From contig JBNZDD010013370.1 of assembly GCA_050575255.1 (NCBI GenBank), positions 179,343 through 243,342 on the forward strand: a stretch of 64,000 nt of DNA, written 5' to 3'. Both the position numbers and the translations under genes were made by a program. The DNA is from Harriotta raleighana. Its lineage: Eukaryota. Shown here piece after piece: positions 35,811 to 47,897 of this stretch. Under the pieces are notes generated by a model. The model worked only from the letters and a program-made list of their open reading frames with translations. It did not search any database and was not told where the DNA came from. The stretch's first letter is position 1. Every line of letters begins with the position of its first letter.

Positions 35811-36299
35811 TTAACATATTTTGTATGCTCGTTTTAGTTCTTGTAGGCTAGCTAAATTTATGGCCTTCACCGCATGTTGTTTGTTTGGGTTATTTACAGT
35901 TTGTTGATGGTTTGGTTTCTCTCCTTGATCCAGAAAAGACTTCAACTCTTTCACACTGCCCAGGTCTGAATCATCTTCCTTTTGGAAATATTGAAATAAC
36001 TTCACAGATTTCTCTCTCTCTACACTGCTCAGAAACTCCACATTCAGGCTAAACCGTTTGGTTTCAGAGAAATTCTGCAGAATCTGGTAAATTGCCATAT
36101 GGTCTTTCTGTTGGAAATGATCAGAAAGGATGACAAGAAACTCCCCAAGAAATCCAAATCCGATTTCTGTACAGAAGATTTTCCCCAAACGTTCACCACC
36201 GAGCTTTAAAAGGCATCCATACTTTTCTGGTCCAGTCTTGTAGTGTCTCCTCCAATCACGGTTAAAATCAGCCGCAGTCTTAAACTGGGAAGTCGAGTC
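35811..36299 (-). CDS. CCDC103: CCDC103 last exon
   Basis: catag acceptor, 163 codons to TAA. Confidence 0.93.
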   Translation of the reverse strand, partial: DSTSQFKTAADFNRDWRRHYKTGPEKYGCLLKLGGERLGKIFCTEIGFGFLGEFLVILSDHFQQKDHMAIYQILQNFSETKRFSLNVEFLSSVEREKSVKLFQYFQKEDDSDLGSVKELKSFLDQGEKPNHQQTVNNPNKQHAVKAINLASLQELKRAYKIC

Positions 36300-38930
36300 C
36301 TATGGTTTTGGAATAGACAGTTAAAGTGCGCTTAGATGATTATAGTGATGTGTGTCTAAAGGTTTAAGGAGCATCTTATAAATTTGAAATTCTTTTCAAA
36401 AAAGATTGAGAGACGTAATCCTGAGTCCACCTATTCTTATCTTGTAAAAAGATATATGGAAAACACTTAAATTCAGTCTAAATGTGGAACGCAGTTATTT
36501 TAACAGATGCAGAAAACTAACTTCCACATTAAGATTAAGATTTATGTCAGGTATAAATTATACAAATGATTACTGCATTTTATGCTTGTAACAGTGACAC
36601 TGGTTTGCCTGCATGAGCTGACCTGCCAATATTTATTTACACACATTAAAAGTCGCCAAAATGCAGGTATTCAACCTTAGATATTTCCATGACGATATTG
36701 TCATTTTTGCTCGATGTCTTAGCACAGGTATTCCAAACTCCATTCCTCCTTTCTGCAAATTTGTCCCGTCGTTGCAGAGGCTTCAGGTGCGATGCCAGAA
36801 CGATGTCACTGTCAAACACAATGGAAAATACTGCAGAAGTGTCCGACTTCTCACTCCATCAGTCGTCAATTCATCAAGTCATTTCCTGTACATAAAGTGC
36901 CACTGGTTTTGCAAAGAAAACCATTTCTTTCTTGCACAAAGGATGACAGAAAGGATTTGTTAGGGAAATGCGCAACTTGCTCCCAGTGATATGGCTATCC
37001 AATAACCTGAACAGGATAACGTGTGTCATCTGAACATGGCTTTTAGAACCTGCCAACAACACAATTACACTTGTATTTTTACGTCAGGACTTCTCGCCAA
37101 CCTCATCCACTTACAGACCTGAAGCCTCCTCAGCTGATGCTGTTCCATCGAATTATAATAATAATAATAATCCTGGCATTCGATATAGCGGCTTTTCACC
37201 TCTCCCATACTGTGTCTCACAGCACTTCACACAATACAGTACACTGTAAAGTGAATTGACTGAATATATATTTGTGGGCGAAACGCAGCAGCCAATTGCC
37301 CACAGCAGCGTGTCGTCCCCCCCGTGCCCCCCTGTTCCCCCTCGCCACACACTCAGCCATGGGTTGAAATGACTGGTTTATTATTATTTTTTGGAGGGAT
37401 TATTATTAGCGCGTGTGTGTGTGGCTTTGTGTGTGGGGAGGGCGTGTGTGTTGGTGGGGGCTGAGTGTGTGTGGCTGTGTGGAGGGGGCTGTGTGGGGGG
37501 TGCTGTGTGTGTGTGGTGGGGGGGGCTGTGTGTGGTGGGGGGCTGTGTGGGNGTGTTGGTGGGGGCTGAGTGTGTGTGGCTGTGGGGAGGGGGCTGTGTG
37601 GTGGGGGGCTGTGTGGGGGGGGACTGTGTGTGTGGGGGGCTGTGTGTGGGAGGGGCTGTGTGGGTGGGGCTGTGTGTGGGAGGGGCTGTGTGGGGGGGCT
37701 GCGTGTGGGGGGGGGGGCTGTGTGTGTGGGGGGGGCTGTGTGTGGGGGTGTGTGNNNNNNNNNNNNNNNNNNNNNNNNNNNNNNNNNNNNNNNNNNNNNN
37801 NNNNNNNNNNNNNNNNNNNNNNNNNNNNNNNNNNNNNNNNNNNNNNNNNNNNNNNNNNNNNNNNNNNNNNNNNNNNNNNNNNNNNNNNNNNNNNNNNNNN
37901 NNNNNNNNNNNNNNNNNNNNNNNNNNNNNNNNNNNNNNNNNNNNNNNNNNNNNNNNNNNNNNNNNNNNNNNNNNNNNNNNNNNNNNNNNNNNNNNNNNNN
38001 NNNNNNNNNNNNNNNNNNNNNNNNNNNNNNNNNNNNNNNNNNNNNNNNNNNNNNNNNNNNNNNNNNNNNNNNNNNNNNNNNNNNNNNNNNNNNNNNNNNN
38101 NNNNNNNNNNNNNNNNNNNNNNNNNNNNNNNNNNNNNNNNNNNNNNNNNNNNNNNNNNNNNNNNNNNNNNNNNNNNNNNNNNNNNNNNNNNNNNNNNNNN
38201 NNNNNNNNNNNNNNNNNNNNNNNNNNNNNNNNNNNNNNNNNNNNNNNNNNNNNNNNNNNNNNNNNNNNNNNNNNNNNNNNNNNNNNNNNNNNNNNNNNNN
38301 NNNNNNNNNNNNNNNNNNNNNNNNNNNNNNNNNNNNNNNNNNNNNNNNNNNNNNNNNNNNNNNNNNNNNNNNNNNNNNNNNNNNNNNNNNNNNNNNNNNN
38401 NNNNNNNNNNNNNNNNNNNNNNNNNNNNNNNNNNNNNNNNNNGGTGGCTGTGTGTGGGGGGGGGGCTGTGTGTGTGTGGGGGGGTGGCTGTGTGTGGGGG
38501 GGAGCTGTGTGTGTGGGGGGGGGCTGTGTGTGTGGGGGTGGCTGTGTGTGGGGGGGGTCTGTGTGTGGGGGGGGGCTGTGTGTGTGGAGTAAGGAAACTT
38601 GCCCCTGACCTGCCTGGATTCGAACCCAGTTGTTGGGGTTTGTGTATTGTTTACAACGTGCCCCGTGTGAGGGGTGATGTGAGGTGAGGGGTGATGTGAG
38701 GTGAGGGGTGATGTGAGGTGAGGGGTGATGTGAGGTGAGGGGTGACGGGTCACGGCCCCCCCCCCCAGTTACCGGAATTCCTGGTAAGATCCCACCCGCT
38801 GCTCCACGGCTCGGAGTTTCGCGTCATTTTCCCGTTTGTATTTCTCATCCAGAAGGAGAGCGGCTCTCAGCTCCCGCTCCAGGGCCCGCCGGACACCCCC
38901 CTCCCCCCGCTCCCGCTCCCGCTCCGCCAT
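35811..38930 (-). CDS. CCDC103: Coiled-coil domain-containing protein 103 (dynein axonemal assembly factor DNAAF19), 259 aa
   Basis: Exons 38773-38930 (MAERE…[26 protein letters not shown]), 36676-36808 ([11 protein letters not shown]), 35811-36299 ([10 protein letters not shown]…GFGFLGE…RFSLN, RPAP3_C-like); 780 nt, in phase. Confidence 0.95.
36676..36808 (-). CDS. CCDC103: CCDC103 middle exon
   Basis: gacag/gttga, 133 nt. Confidence 0.92.
37154..38630 (-). repeat. SINE interrupted by a large G/T-rich tandem expansion spanning an N gap (37755-38442)
   Basis: SINE tail and core at 37154-37410, (tgtgggggggctgtg)n, SINE head resumes at ~38586. Confidence 0.8.
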
Positions 38931-39140
38931 CCCGGTACCGGACGCGGCTGGCGGCTGACGGGCCTTTGACGGTTGGTAGTGACGGTTGTTGCCGTGACAA
39001 CGAAACCCAACGACACGTACAGAGACTGTGCGTCATGGCGTACAGAGACTGTGCGTCATGGCGTCATATGCGGCATTGGTGACGGCACCAACCATGGGTA
39101 AGGAGCTGAGCGCATGCGCTCCCGCCCCCCTGCACCGCGC
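38740..39140. promoter_or_regulatory. CpG-rich CCDC103 promoter with an RFX X-box (38988-39001) and an NRF1 site (39110-39119)
   Basis: GTTGCCGTGACAAC ~60 bp upstream of the ATG; GCGCATGCGC palindrome; locally high CpG. Confidence 0.7.
38773..38930 (-). CDS. CCDC103: CCDC103 first coding exon
   Basis: ATG at 38930, gtaac donor, 158 nt. Confidence 0.93.
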
Positions 39141-39209
39141 TCCCATACCAGCAGGGGGAATCCGAGAGACACAGCCGCTTCTCATTACTATAATGTTGCT
39201 CCAGATTGT

Positions 39210-39520
39210 GCTGAGCAGTGACTGTGAGAGCTGAGCAGTGACTGATACAGTCTGAGCAGAGCAGTGACTGTGAGACTGTGTGTGCTGGGCAGTGACTATG
39301 AGACTGTGTGTGCTGAGCTGGGCAGTGATTGTGAGACTGTGTGTGCTGAGCAGTGACTGATACAGTCTGAGCAGAGCAGTGACTGTGAGACTGTGTGTGC
39401 TGGGCAGTGACTATGAGACTGTGTGTGCTGAGCTGGGCAGTGATTGTGAGACTGTGTGTGCTGAGCAGTGACTGATACAGTCTGAGCAGAGCAGTGACTG
39501 TGAGACTGTCTGTGCTGGAG
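39210..39520. repeat. Minisatellite, 115-bp higher-order unit built from ~25-30 bp subunits
   Basis: actgatacag recurs at 39241, 39356 and 39471. Confidence 0.9.
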
Positions 39521-40524
39521 ACATTGTAATCAGTAATGTTTCTCCTGATACAGTATCACAGCCCAAGAGAAACATTACTGATTATACCGTGTATATGTCT
39601 GTGGGAAAGCAGTGGGAAGGAAGGAATGAGAGCGGGTAACTCAGATACAGCAACTCAGGACTGAACATTGATATGTGGTCAACCAGACAATACATTTTGG
39701 GAGCTGTTTTTTGATATTAAAATATTTTTTAAATGTTAAAACTATTATTTCCCCCAAATCAAGTGTAAAGTATTTTTCAATGATTGAAACTGAAGCCTTA
39801 CTGTAACGATTCCATATTCTCACCGAGATATGGCCCTCAAATATATTGTTGATTCTCTACAGAATATTCTGTAACTCGCTTTGACATGTCTAGAATACAA
39901 CGATGTAATACAACGATGATTATTATTAGAGATGCCCCAATGCTATTCAATGCTTAGTGCCTTAACATGGATATTATTTGTGCAAAATTTGTACTTCAAC
40001 TTAGAATCACACAAATACAAATCGACGTTAAACAAAGAGTCGATGTTAAAATTAAGAAATCCAGGAATATTGCGCACAGGCCTACTGTAAACAAATGCAG
40101 AGTAAGGGAAGCAATCTCATAAAAGACAGTTAAGCAAAAGGAAGCGACTATAGAAAAGATACAAAGGGTTAAAATAGATAAAGGAAAAGAAACAAAAACA
40201 GAAAAGAAAGCGCTTCCAGAAAATGCAGGTGGAGAGATTAAGGAAAATGTAAAATAGAAAGTAAAGTAACTAAAGAAAAGGGACAAAAAGAGAAGAAAAT
40301 GACTAAACAAAGTACAAAATGAGTAACGTGCTATTCATAGTAGTACTGGTAGAAATTGTTGTAATTTCTACAGAACTTATTTTTTACTAAATATATTGTT
40401 TTAAACATTAACCGTTTATACTATTTCCCAGAAATGATCCACCAATTGTTTCTTAATATCTTGCAATATAATATTACAATCATTGATACTTCAGTGTGAC
40501 TATAACAATTCCATATCCACACAG

Positions 40525-41270
40525 GGATTCCCACATTGCACAGATGTCCCGCTGCTATTCAATGCATTGTCCAGGAATTTCTAGACTTTATAAACAGAAT
40601 ATTGTCCTGCCAGCTTTGTATAGATTGCAAGAATCGTGTCGATAAATATCGTGTAGAGGACGGTGAAGCCAGCACTAGTGGTAAAAGTATGAGTGCAACG
40701 AAAGGTACTCCAGAAAGGAGGAAAAGCTCTTCGACTAATCAAAATATGGTGGAGAAGAAATCACAGACTGGGACTCACACGAAGAAAGAAAGAAGAGATT
40801 CTTTAATATGGAAACGCAGAAAATCACCCCATAGGAGAAATTCTCTGGTCAAGCCAGACAGAGGAAGGATGGTTGCTCCAGTAAAGACAGACAAAGGGAA
40901 GAGAAGCCCTCTGAAAAACATGGAGAGTAAAACAGGAGACACAGGAAGGAGAAATTCTGATGTTGAGAACCTGAGGGAGAGAAGACGCACTAGTGTATCT
41001 GCACCAAATGACAGAAGAGACAAATCGACCGTGAGGAGAAAGCCCGGTGCAAGAAGTTCAACCATGCAGAAACTGTCGAACACTGAGAGAGCATCCACTA
41101 GGAGATCCTCCAACGCAGAGAGGACAACAGAAAGTAGAAATCCTAGCCAAAAAAGGCCAACACCGAACAGAAACTCTCGGGCAAATAACCTAACATCAAA
41201 GCACAGTTCTACAGGTAATTTTGGAGCAAGAAGTCCAATAAATAATCCGAGGTCAGCGAGGCGATCATGA
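40525..41270 (+). CDS. Uncharacterised basic Arg/Ser/Lys-rich ORF with ~11-aa repeats (candidate orphan gene exon)
   Basis: 244-codon open frame; cacag acceptor at 40524 in phase 1; in-frame ATG at 40689 with A at -3; many RRxS motifs; no family recognised. Confidence 0.5.
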
Positions 41271-44200
41271 AAAGGTAATTCCTAGAACAGGGAGGATGAC
41301 AACAAAGAGTAAATCTAGGGCATAGACGACGACCAGCGGAAAGTAATTCTAGAAAGTGATGACAACCCAGAGTAATTCTCGAACGTGGGGGGAAATAGCT
41401 TGGAGTTATTCTAGAAACTGGTGAACAACTACTAACCATTCTAGAAATGGTACGACAATAAAGATAGTTCTAGAACAGGGAGGTCGACAGCAGGGAGAAA
41501 CTCTGACACAGAGGCTGAAAATGAAGAGAAAGTCTGGTGTAGGAAGGCCAACTGCAAAGAATAATTCTGGCAGAGAGAAGCTGAAAGGGAAGAGAAACAC
41601 TCTAGAACAGAGAAGTGGAATGGGAATCGTAGAAGGCTATGAGAGATAACTACAATACTCTACAAAAGGGATCGCGGCCAAGATCTATTATTTACACAAC
41701 TCTACGAATGTTTACTATGTTTTACTTTTTTTTTACAACTCTCAGCTTTCCAGCTCCAATGGAGAACATATTAAGACAATCATGTCAAAATAACAAATCA
41801 TGAATCCATTATAGACACTTGTACCTAATACCATGCCTCCCAATAAGTGCTAAATATATTTGGCCAAATTGCATGAATGCCAAGATGAAGCAACAGCAGA
41901 TACAGTTAGACAGCAAGAAGGCTGAATTTCCCAACCACACAAGGGATGATTGATTGCACACACAAGTTTCTTTGCTGCACCCTGCCCAATATCAAAAATG
42001 TCAAGTTGTCTGTTTGGATGAGGAACCTATTGAATGTGTTGCTTAGTTTCCCAGAGGGAATTGTGAGTCACATTTCCTCAAGGAGAGTCGTGACCCAAAG
42101 GTGTTCGGTGGAGGGAGGAAGCGATACATGGATCTTTGTTGGCATGGGGTTACAATATGTTTCTCTAGTTGATGACACTAATGGAACACATGTATAACAC
42201 AGACTCTACCAGGAAATACTTTCTTGAATTCTGTAAAATGTGGCACAAAAGCTTATGTGTTAAACTATAAATATATATATATATAGATCTGAATTGGACA
42301 TTATTGTGTTTTGGTGAGACACTTGTTCTTGTCTTGGTTGTTTGTGAATTGGTTTGTACTCATTGGGTAATTGGACTTGTTCAAGAAATTTGTAGCAAAT
42401 AATAATAATAATCCTTGCATTTAACATAGCGATTTTCATGTCTTCACAGAACATACTGTAAAGGGAATTGACTGTATATTTGTGGACAAAACATGGCAGC
42501 TAATTGTGCGCAGCAGCGTCCCCACAGAGACATGGGTTGAGTGACCAATTATTGTATTAAGACCTGCAGGTTGATTAGGTATTCGTTGACAGTTACACTT
42601 TATTTTCTCCTCTTGCTTTCTGACTCGTTTGGTCTGTTTATGCGGCTTATTGCTCCATCACTGACATTTGACTGTAGTGTCAGGAAGGCATGAAGCAAAG
42701 TTTTGTAACTGAAATCTCTGAAAAGAGATTCAGCCTTTTGGAATTAAATGCCTATTCCAGAGAAATCTATAACTAATTGATAAACGCCACACTTCAATGA
42801 TTGGTAACCCATAAATTCAACAAGGTGTATGTCTGTACAGCAGTGGGATAAATTTTGACCTCTCCAACCACTTCATGAAACTTTTAAAAAATAGTAAAAG
42901 CAATTTGCAGGTAATTACTATTAAGTGTAGAGCCTGTTATTGGAGGCAAACGCAACAACAACATGTATAGTGCCTTTCACAGCAGGACCCTGGACAGTCA
43001 TCGTTCCAGACCTGAGCTGGGGATGGGGTTGGAGGAAAGGGGGGAATTAGGAGTTGCCGATGGGATCATCGAAAAGGAGGGTCTTGAGGTGGGACTTGAA
43101 TGAGGGCAGTGAGGGGGCGAGGCGGAGGGACTGCGGGATGGAGTTCCAGAGGTTGGGGGCAGAGTGGCTAAAGGCTCACCCCCCCAATGGTGGGGAGGGT
43201 GGGGGCGGGGGCTGGAGCCTGCTGAGATGAGCAATGAGTGATTTCTTGGGGGTTGTTGGCCAGGACAACAGGAAAGAGAGAAAATCCTTTGTGTTTTTAA
43301 ACAGTTGTAGGATCTGTAATATATACACATCTTAACAGGCAGGTGGGGCTTTTTTTCTATAAAATGCAGTTAGGCATGGAAATGAGGAAGAGAAAACTTG
43401 ATTGTCAATCTTTGTTGATACATTTCACCTTTGCTGTTCCACAACGTTACCAACACCAATTAGATCATTCTTCACCTACTGGACCATTCCCGAATATTTA
43501 GCAGTGTGAGTCCTTAACATTATATCACATAGAAAATTAGTCTGTGGAATTGTGAAGTTTACCACCAAGTGGAAAATAATCTCCGGTTTGTCAAACGTTC
43601 AGCCACAGAGCGCACTCAGAATTACATTTTCACTTTCTGCACCAACCACCCTGGCCTCCTGAGTGAAATCATTAATTTAATGGTCCCTTTGCCCTAAATC
43701 ATGGATTTTTTAAATGTTATCCAGACTTCAATTTACTGTTAGTGAGATAACACAATTATGGTGGATTGCAAAGAAAATCATTTCTTGAATAATTTCTTCA
43801 CAATACTCAGAATAAGGAAGTGGCTTTGCACAATTTTACAAGAGTTCACTAGAAGTTGTTCCTGTTCCATCTGAGGAATGTTTCACCTCAAGAGTTTCAC
43901 ACAAATCGTTTCTTCTTTTCACACAAATCGTTTCTTCTTTTCACACAATATGTTTACCAACTTTTGTTGGTTTCAGAGCATCAAACCCGCATCAAAGAAG
44001 GATTTCAGTCTGTGACACAAATGTGACAAATCAGACATTTCAGATGCGATGGTATTGCTGCTGGGAGTTGAGTCTCACATGAAGGGTCCAAACAGATTAG
44101 GTCTGCATACCCGCTGTCCAACTGGTAAAGTGATGTATTGGTCTTGGAAGCAGTCAACAGCCCCACACATCATTAAACATCATGATGGGATGACACANNN

Positions 44201-44570
44201 NNNNNNNNNNNNNNNNNNNNNNNNNNNNNNNNNNNNNNNNNNNNNNNNNNNNNNNNNNNNNNNNNNNNNNNNNNNNNNNNNNNNNNNNNNNNNNNNNNNN
44301 NNNNNNNNNNNNNNNNNNNNNNNNNNNNNNNNNNNNNNNNNNNNNNNNNNNNNNNNNNNNNNNNNNNNNNNNNNNNNNNNNNNNNNNNNNNNNNNNNNNN
44401 NNNNNNNNNNNNNNNNNNNNNNNNNNNNNNNNNNNNNNNNNNNNNNNNNNNNNNNNNNNNNNNNNNNNNNNNNNNNNNNNNNNNNNNNNNNNNNNNNNNN
44501 NNNNNNNNNNNNNNNNNNNNNNNNNNNNNNNNNNNNNNNNNNNNNNNNNNNNNNNNNNNNNNNNNNNNNN

Positions 44571-46770
44571 NATATATATATATATAGATCTGAATTGGAC
44601 ATTATTGTGTTTTGGTGAGACACTTGTTCTTGTCTTGGTTGTTTGTGAATTGGTTTGTACTCATTGGGTAATTGGACTTGTTCAAGAAATTTGTAGCAAA
44701 TAATAATAATAATCCTTGCATTTAACATAGCGATTTTCATGTCTTCACAGAACATACTGTAAAGGGAATTGACTGTATATTTGTGGACAAAACATGGCAG
44801 CTAATTGTGCGCAGCAGCGTCCCCACAGAGACATGGGTTGAGTGACCAATTATTGTATTAAGACCTGCAGGTTGATTAGGTATTCGTTGACAGTTACACT
44901 TTATTTTCTCCTCTTGCTTTCTGACTCGTTTGGTCTGTTTATGCGGCTTATTGCTCCATCACTGACATTTGACTGTAGTGTCAGGAAGGCATGAAGCAAA
45001 GTTTTGTAACTGAAATCTCTGAAAAGAGATTCAGCCTTTTGGAATTAAATGCCTATTCCAGAGAAATCTATAACTAATTGATAAACGCCACACTTCAATG
45101 ATTGGTAACCCATAAATTCAACAAGGTGTATGTCTGTACAGCAGTGGGATAAATTTTGACCTCTCCAACCACTTCATGAAACTTTTAAAAAATAGTAAAA
45201 GCAATTTGCAGGTAATTACTATTAAGTGTAGAGCCTGTTATTGGAGGCAAACGCAACAACAACATGTATAGCGCCTTTCACAGCAGGACCCTGGACAGTC
45301 ATCGTTCCAGACCTGAGCTGGGGATGGGGTTGGAGGAAAGGGGGGAATTAGGAGTTGCCGATGGGATCATCGAAAAGGAGGGTCTTGAGGTGGGACTTGA
45401 ATGAGGGCAGTGAGAGGGCGAGGCGGAGGGACTGCGGGATGGAGTTCCAGAGGTTGGGGGCAGAGTGGCTAAAGGCTCACCCCCCCAATGGTGGGGAGGG
45501 TGGGGGCGGGGGCTGGAGCCTGCTGAGATGAGCAATGAGTGATTTCTTGGGGGTTGTTGGCCAGGACAACAGGAAAGAGAGAAAATCCTTTGTGTTTTTA
45601 AACAGTTGTAGGATCTGTAATATATACACATCTTAACAGGCAGGTGGGGCTTTTTTTCTATAAAATGCAGTTAGGCATGGAAATGAGGAAGAGAAAACTT
45701 GATTGTCAATCTTTGTTGATACATTTCACATTTGCTGTTCCACAACGTTACCAACACCAATTAGATCATTCTTCACCTACTGGACCATTCCCGAATATTT
45801 AGCAGTGTGAGTCCTTAACATTATATCACATAGAAAATTAGTCTGTGGAATTGTGAAGTTTACCACCAAGTGGAAAATAATCTCCGGTTTGTCAAACGTT
45901 CAGCCACAGAGCGCACTCAGAATTACATTTTCACTTTCTGCACCAACCTCCCTGGCCTCCTGAGTGAAATCATTAATTTAATNTCCCTGGCCTCCTCCTG
46001 AGTGAAATCATTAATTTAATGGTCCCTTTGCCCTAAATCATGGATTTTTTTGTGTTATCCAGACTTCAATTTACTGTTAGTGATATAACACAATTATGGT
46101 GGATTGCAAAGAAAATAATTTCTTAAATAATTTCTTCACAATACTCAGAATAAGGAAGTGGCTTTGCACAATTTTACAAGAGTTCACTAGAAGTTGTTCC
46201 TGTTCCATCTGAGGAATGTTNACCCTGGCCTCCTGAGTGAAATCATTAATTTAATGGTCCCTTTGCCCTAAATCATGGATTTTTTAAATGTTATCCAGAC
46301 TTCAATTTACTGTTAGTGAGATAACACAATTATGGTGGATTGCAAAGAAAATCATTTCTTGAATAATTTCTTCACAATACTCAGAATAAGGAAGTGGCTT
46401 TGCACAATTTTACAAGAGTTCACTAGAAGTTGTTCCTGTTCCATCTGAGGAATGTTTCACCTCAAGAGTTTCACACAAATCGTTTCTTCTTTTCACACAA
46501 ATCGTTTCTTCTTTTCACACAATATGTTTACCAACTTTTGTTGGTTTCAGAGCATCAAACCCGCATCAAAGAAGGATTTCAGTCTGTGACACAAATGTGA
46601 CAAATCAGACATTTCAGATGCGATGGTATTGCTGCTGGGAGTTGAGTCTCACATGAAGGGTCCAAACAGATTAGGTCTGCATACCCGCTGTCCAACTGGT
46701 AAAGTGATGTATTGGTCTTGGAAGCAGTCAACAGCCCCACACATCATTAAACATCATGATGGGATGACAC
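44571..46770. repeat. Duplicate of 42270-44197, with extra partial copies around single Ns; probable uncollapsed haplotype
   Basis: Offsets 2301 and 2574; scattered SNPs; bounded by the gap 44198-44570 and Ns at 45983 and 46221. Confidence 0.85.
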
Positions 46771-47440
46771 AGATTTTAAGCATGTGTGGGACATGTTGGC
46801 ATAGCAACAGTACAGTTGACTCTCGCAGCAAAAAAAGACTTGATTATGTAAGTTTTGTGTCTGCATAGCTTCTATAAACAACTACATGGAGATTATTGTA
46901 CACACTCTGATTTGATTTGACAGCACACAAGAGACCCAAGACTGGAATTATTTCAATGGAATCCTGTAGCTCGGTAGTTAGAGCACTGGCATTGCAAGTG
47001 AGAGACCTGGGTTCAATTCCAGGCAGTGCGAAATCTTGGGCAAGCTTCCTTACTGCACACGCCTGAGAATAATCCCTCAAAAAAACATACAATAATTTGG
47101 TCACTCAATCCACGACTGTTTGTGACACATTGCTGTTTCAACTCTTTCCACTCAATGGTTCTTCTCTCAATGTGCAGTGGAGCCTGGTGGGGGGAGATAG
47201 GGTCACGGACCCTGGTGTGGGAGGGGACGAAAGCTGCAGACTTCTGATCTGCATCTTGTGAAGGGAAGAGTTGCAGAGGCTGACAAACGGAGATTCAGCA
47301 AACTCCAATATGTGGATGAGGGTCTCTGCGCACTGAGGGGACTCAATCGCACAGACCCATCGGAAACTGCTAATCCCCCCTAATCGGTTCCACGTCCTTC
47401 TGTGGCGTAAATTTCTCTAGATTTTTCTTTTCCTGTTGTG

Positions 47441-47770
47441 GAGCTCCTGTAGCTCAGTGGTTAGAGCACTCGCCTTACAAACTTGAGACCTATGTTCGAA
47501 TCCAGGCAGATCAGAACGAAACCTTGGACAAGTTTCCTTACTCCACACACACACACACTCGCGCACCTAATAATAATCCCTCCAAAAAAACCACAACAAT
47601 AAAAATTGGTAATTTCAATCCATGGCTGTGGAACGCTGCTGTGTGCAATTGGCTGCATGTTTTGCCCACAAATATACAGTCAATTCACTTGACAGTATAT
47701 CCTGTGAAGTGCTTTGAGACGTCGATAAGATGTGAAAAGCTCTATATCAAATGCAAGGATTATTATTATA
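47441..47770 (+). mobile_element. Full-length tRNA-derived SINE
   Basis: Same head, core and tail. Confidence 0.85.
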
Positions 47771-47897
47771 CAGTCACCTACCCTCCGCCCCCAATGTATT
47801 ACATGAATATGGCTCTACCCCTTCCCACCACATACCTTTCTAAATAATTAACACCAAATTTATAACTTAGACTGAACTGATTTTACTGTCGATAAGA

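Noticed and set aside
37353-38753. Long ORFs of 340-466 aa in the ORF track (also 44049-44755)
   Set aside because: They are products of N gaps and low-complexity repeats.
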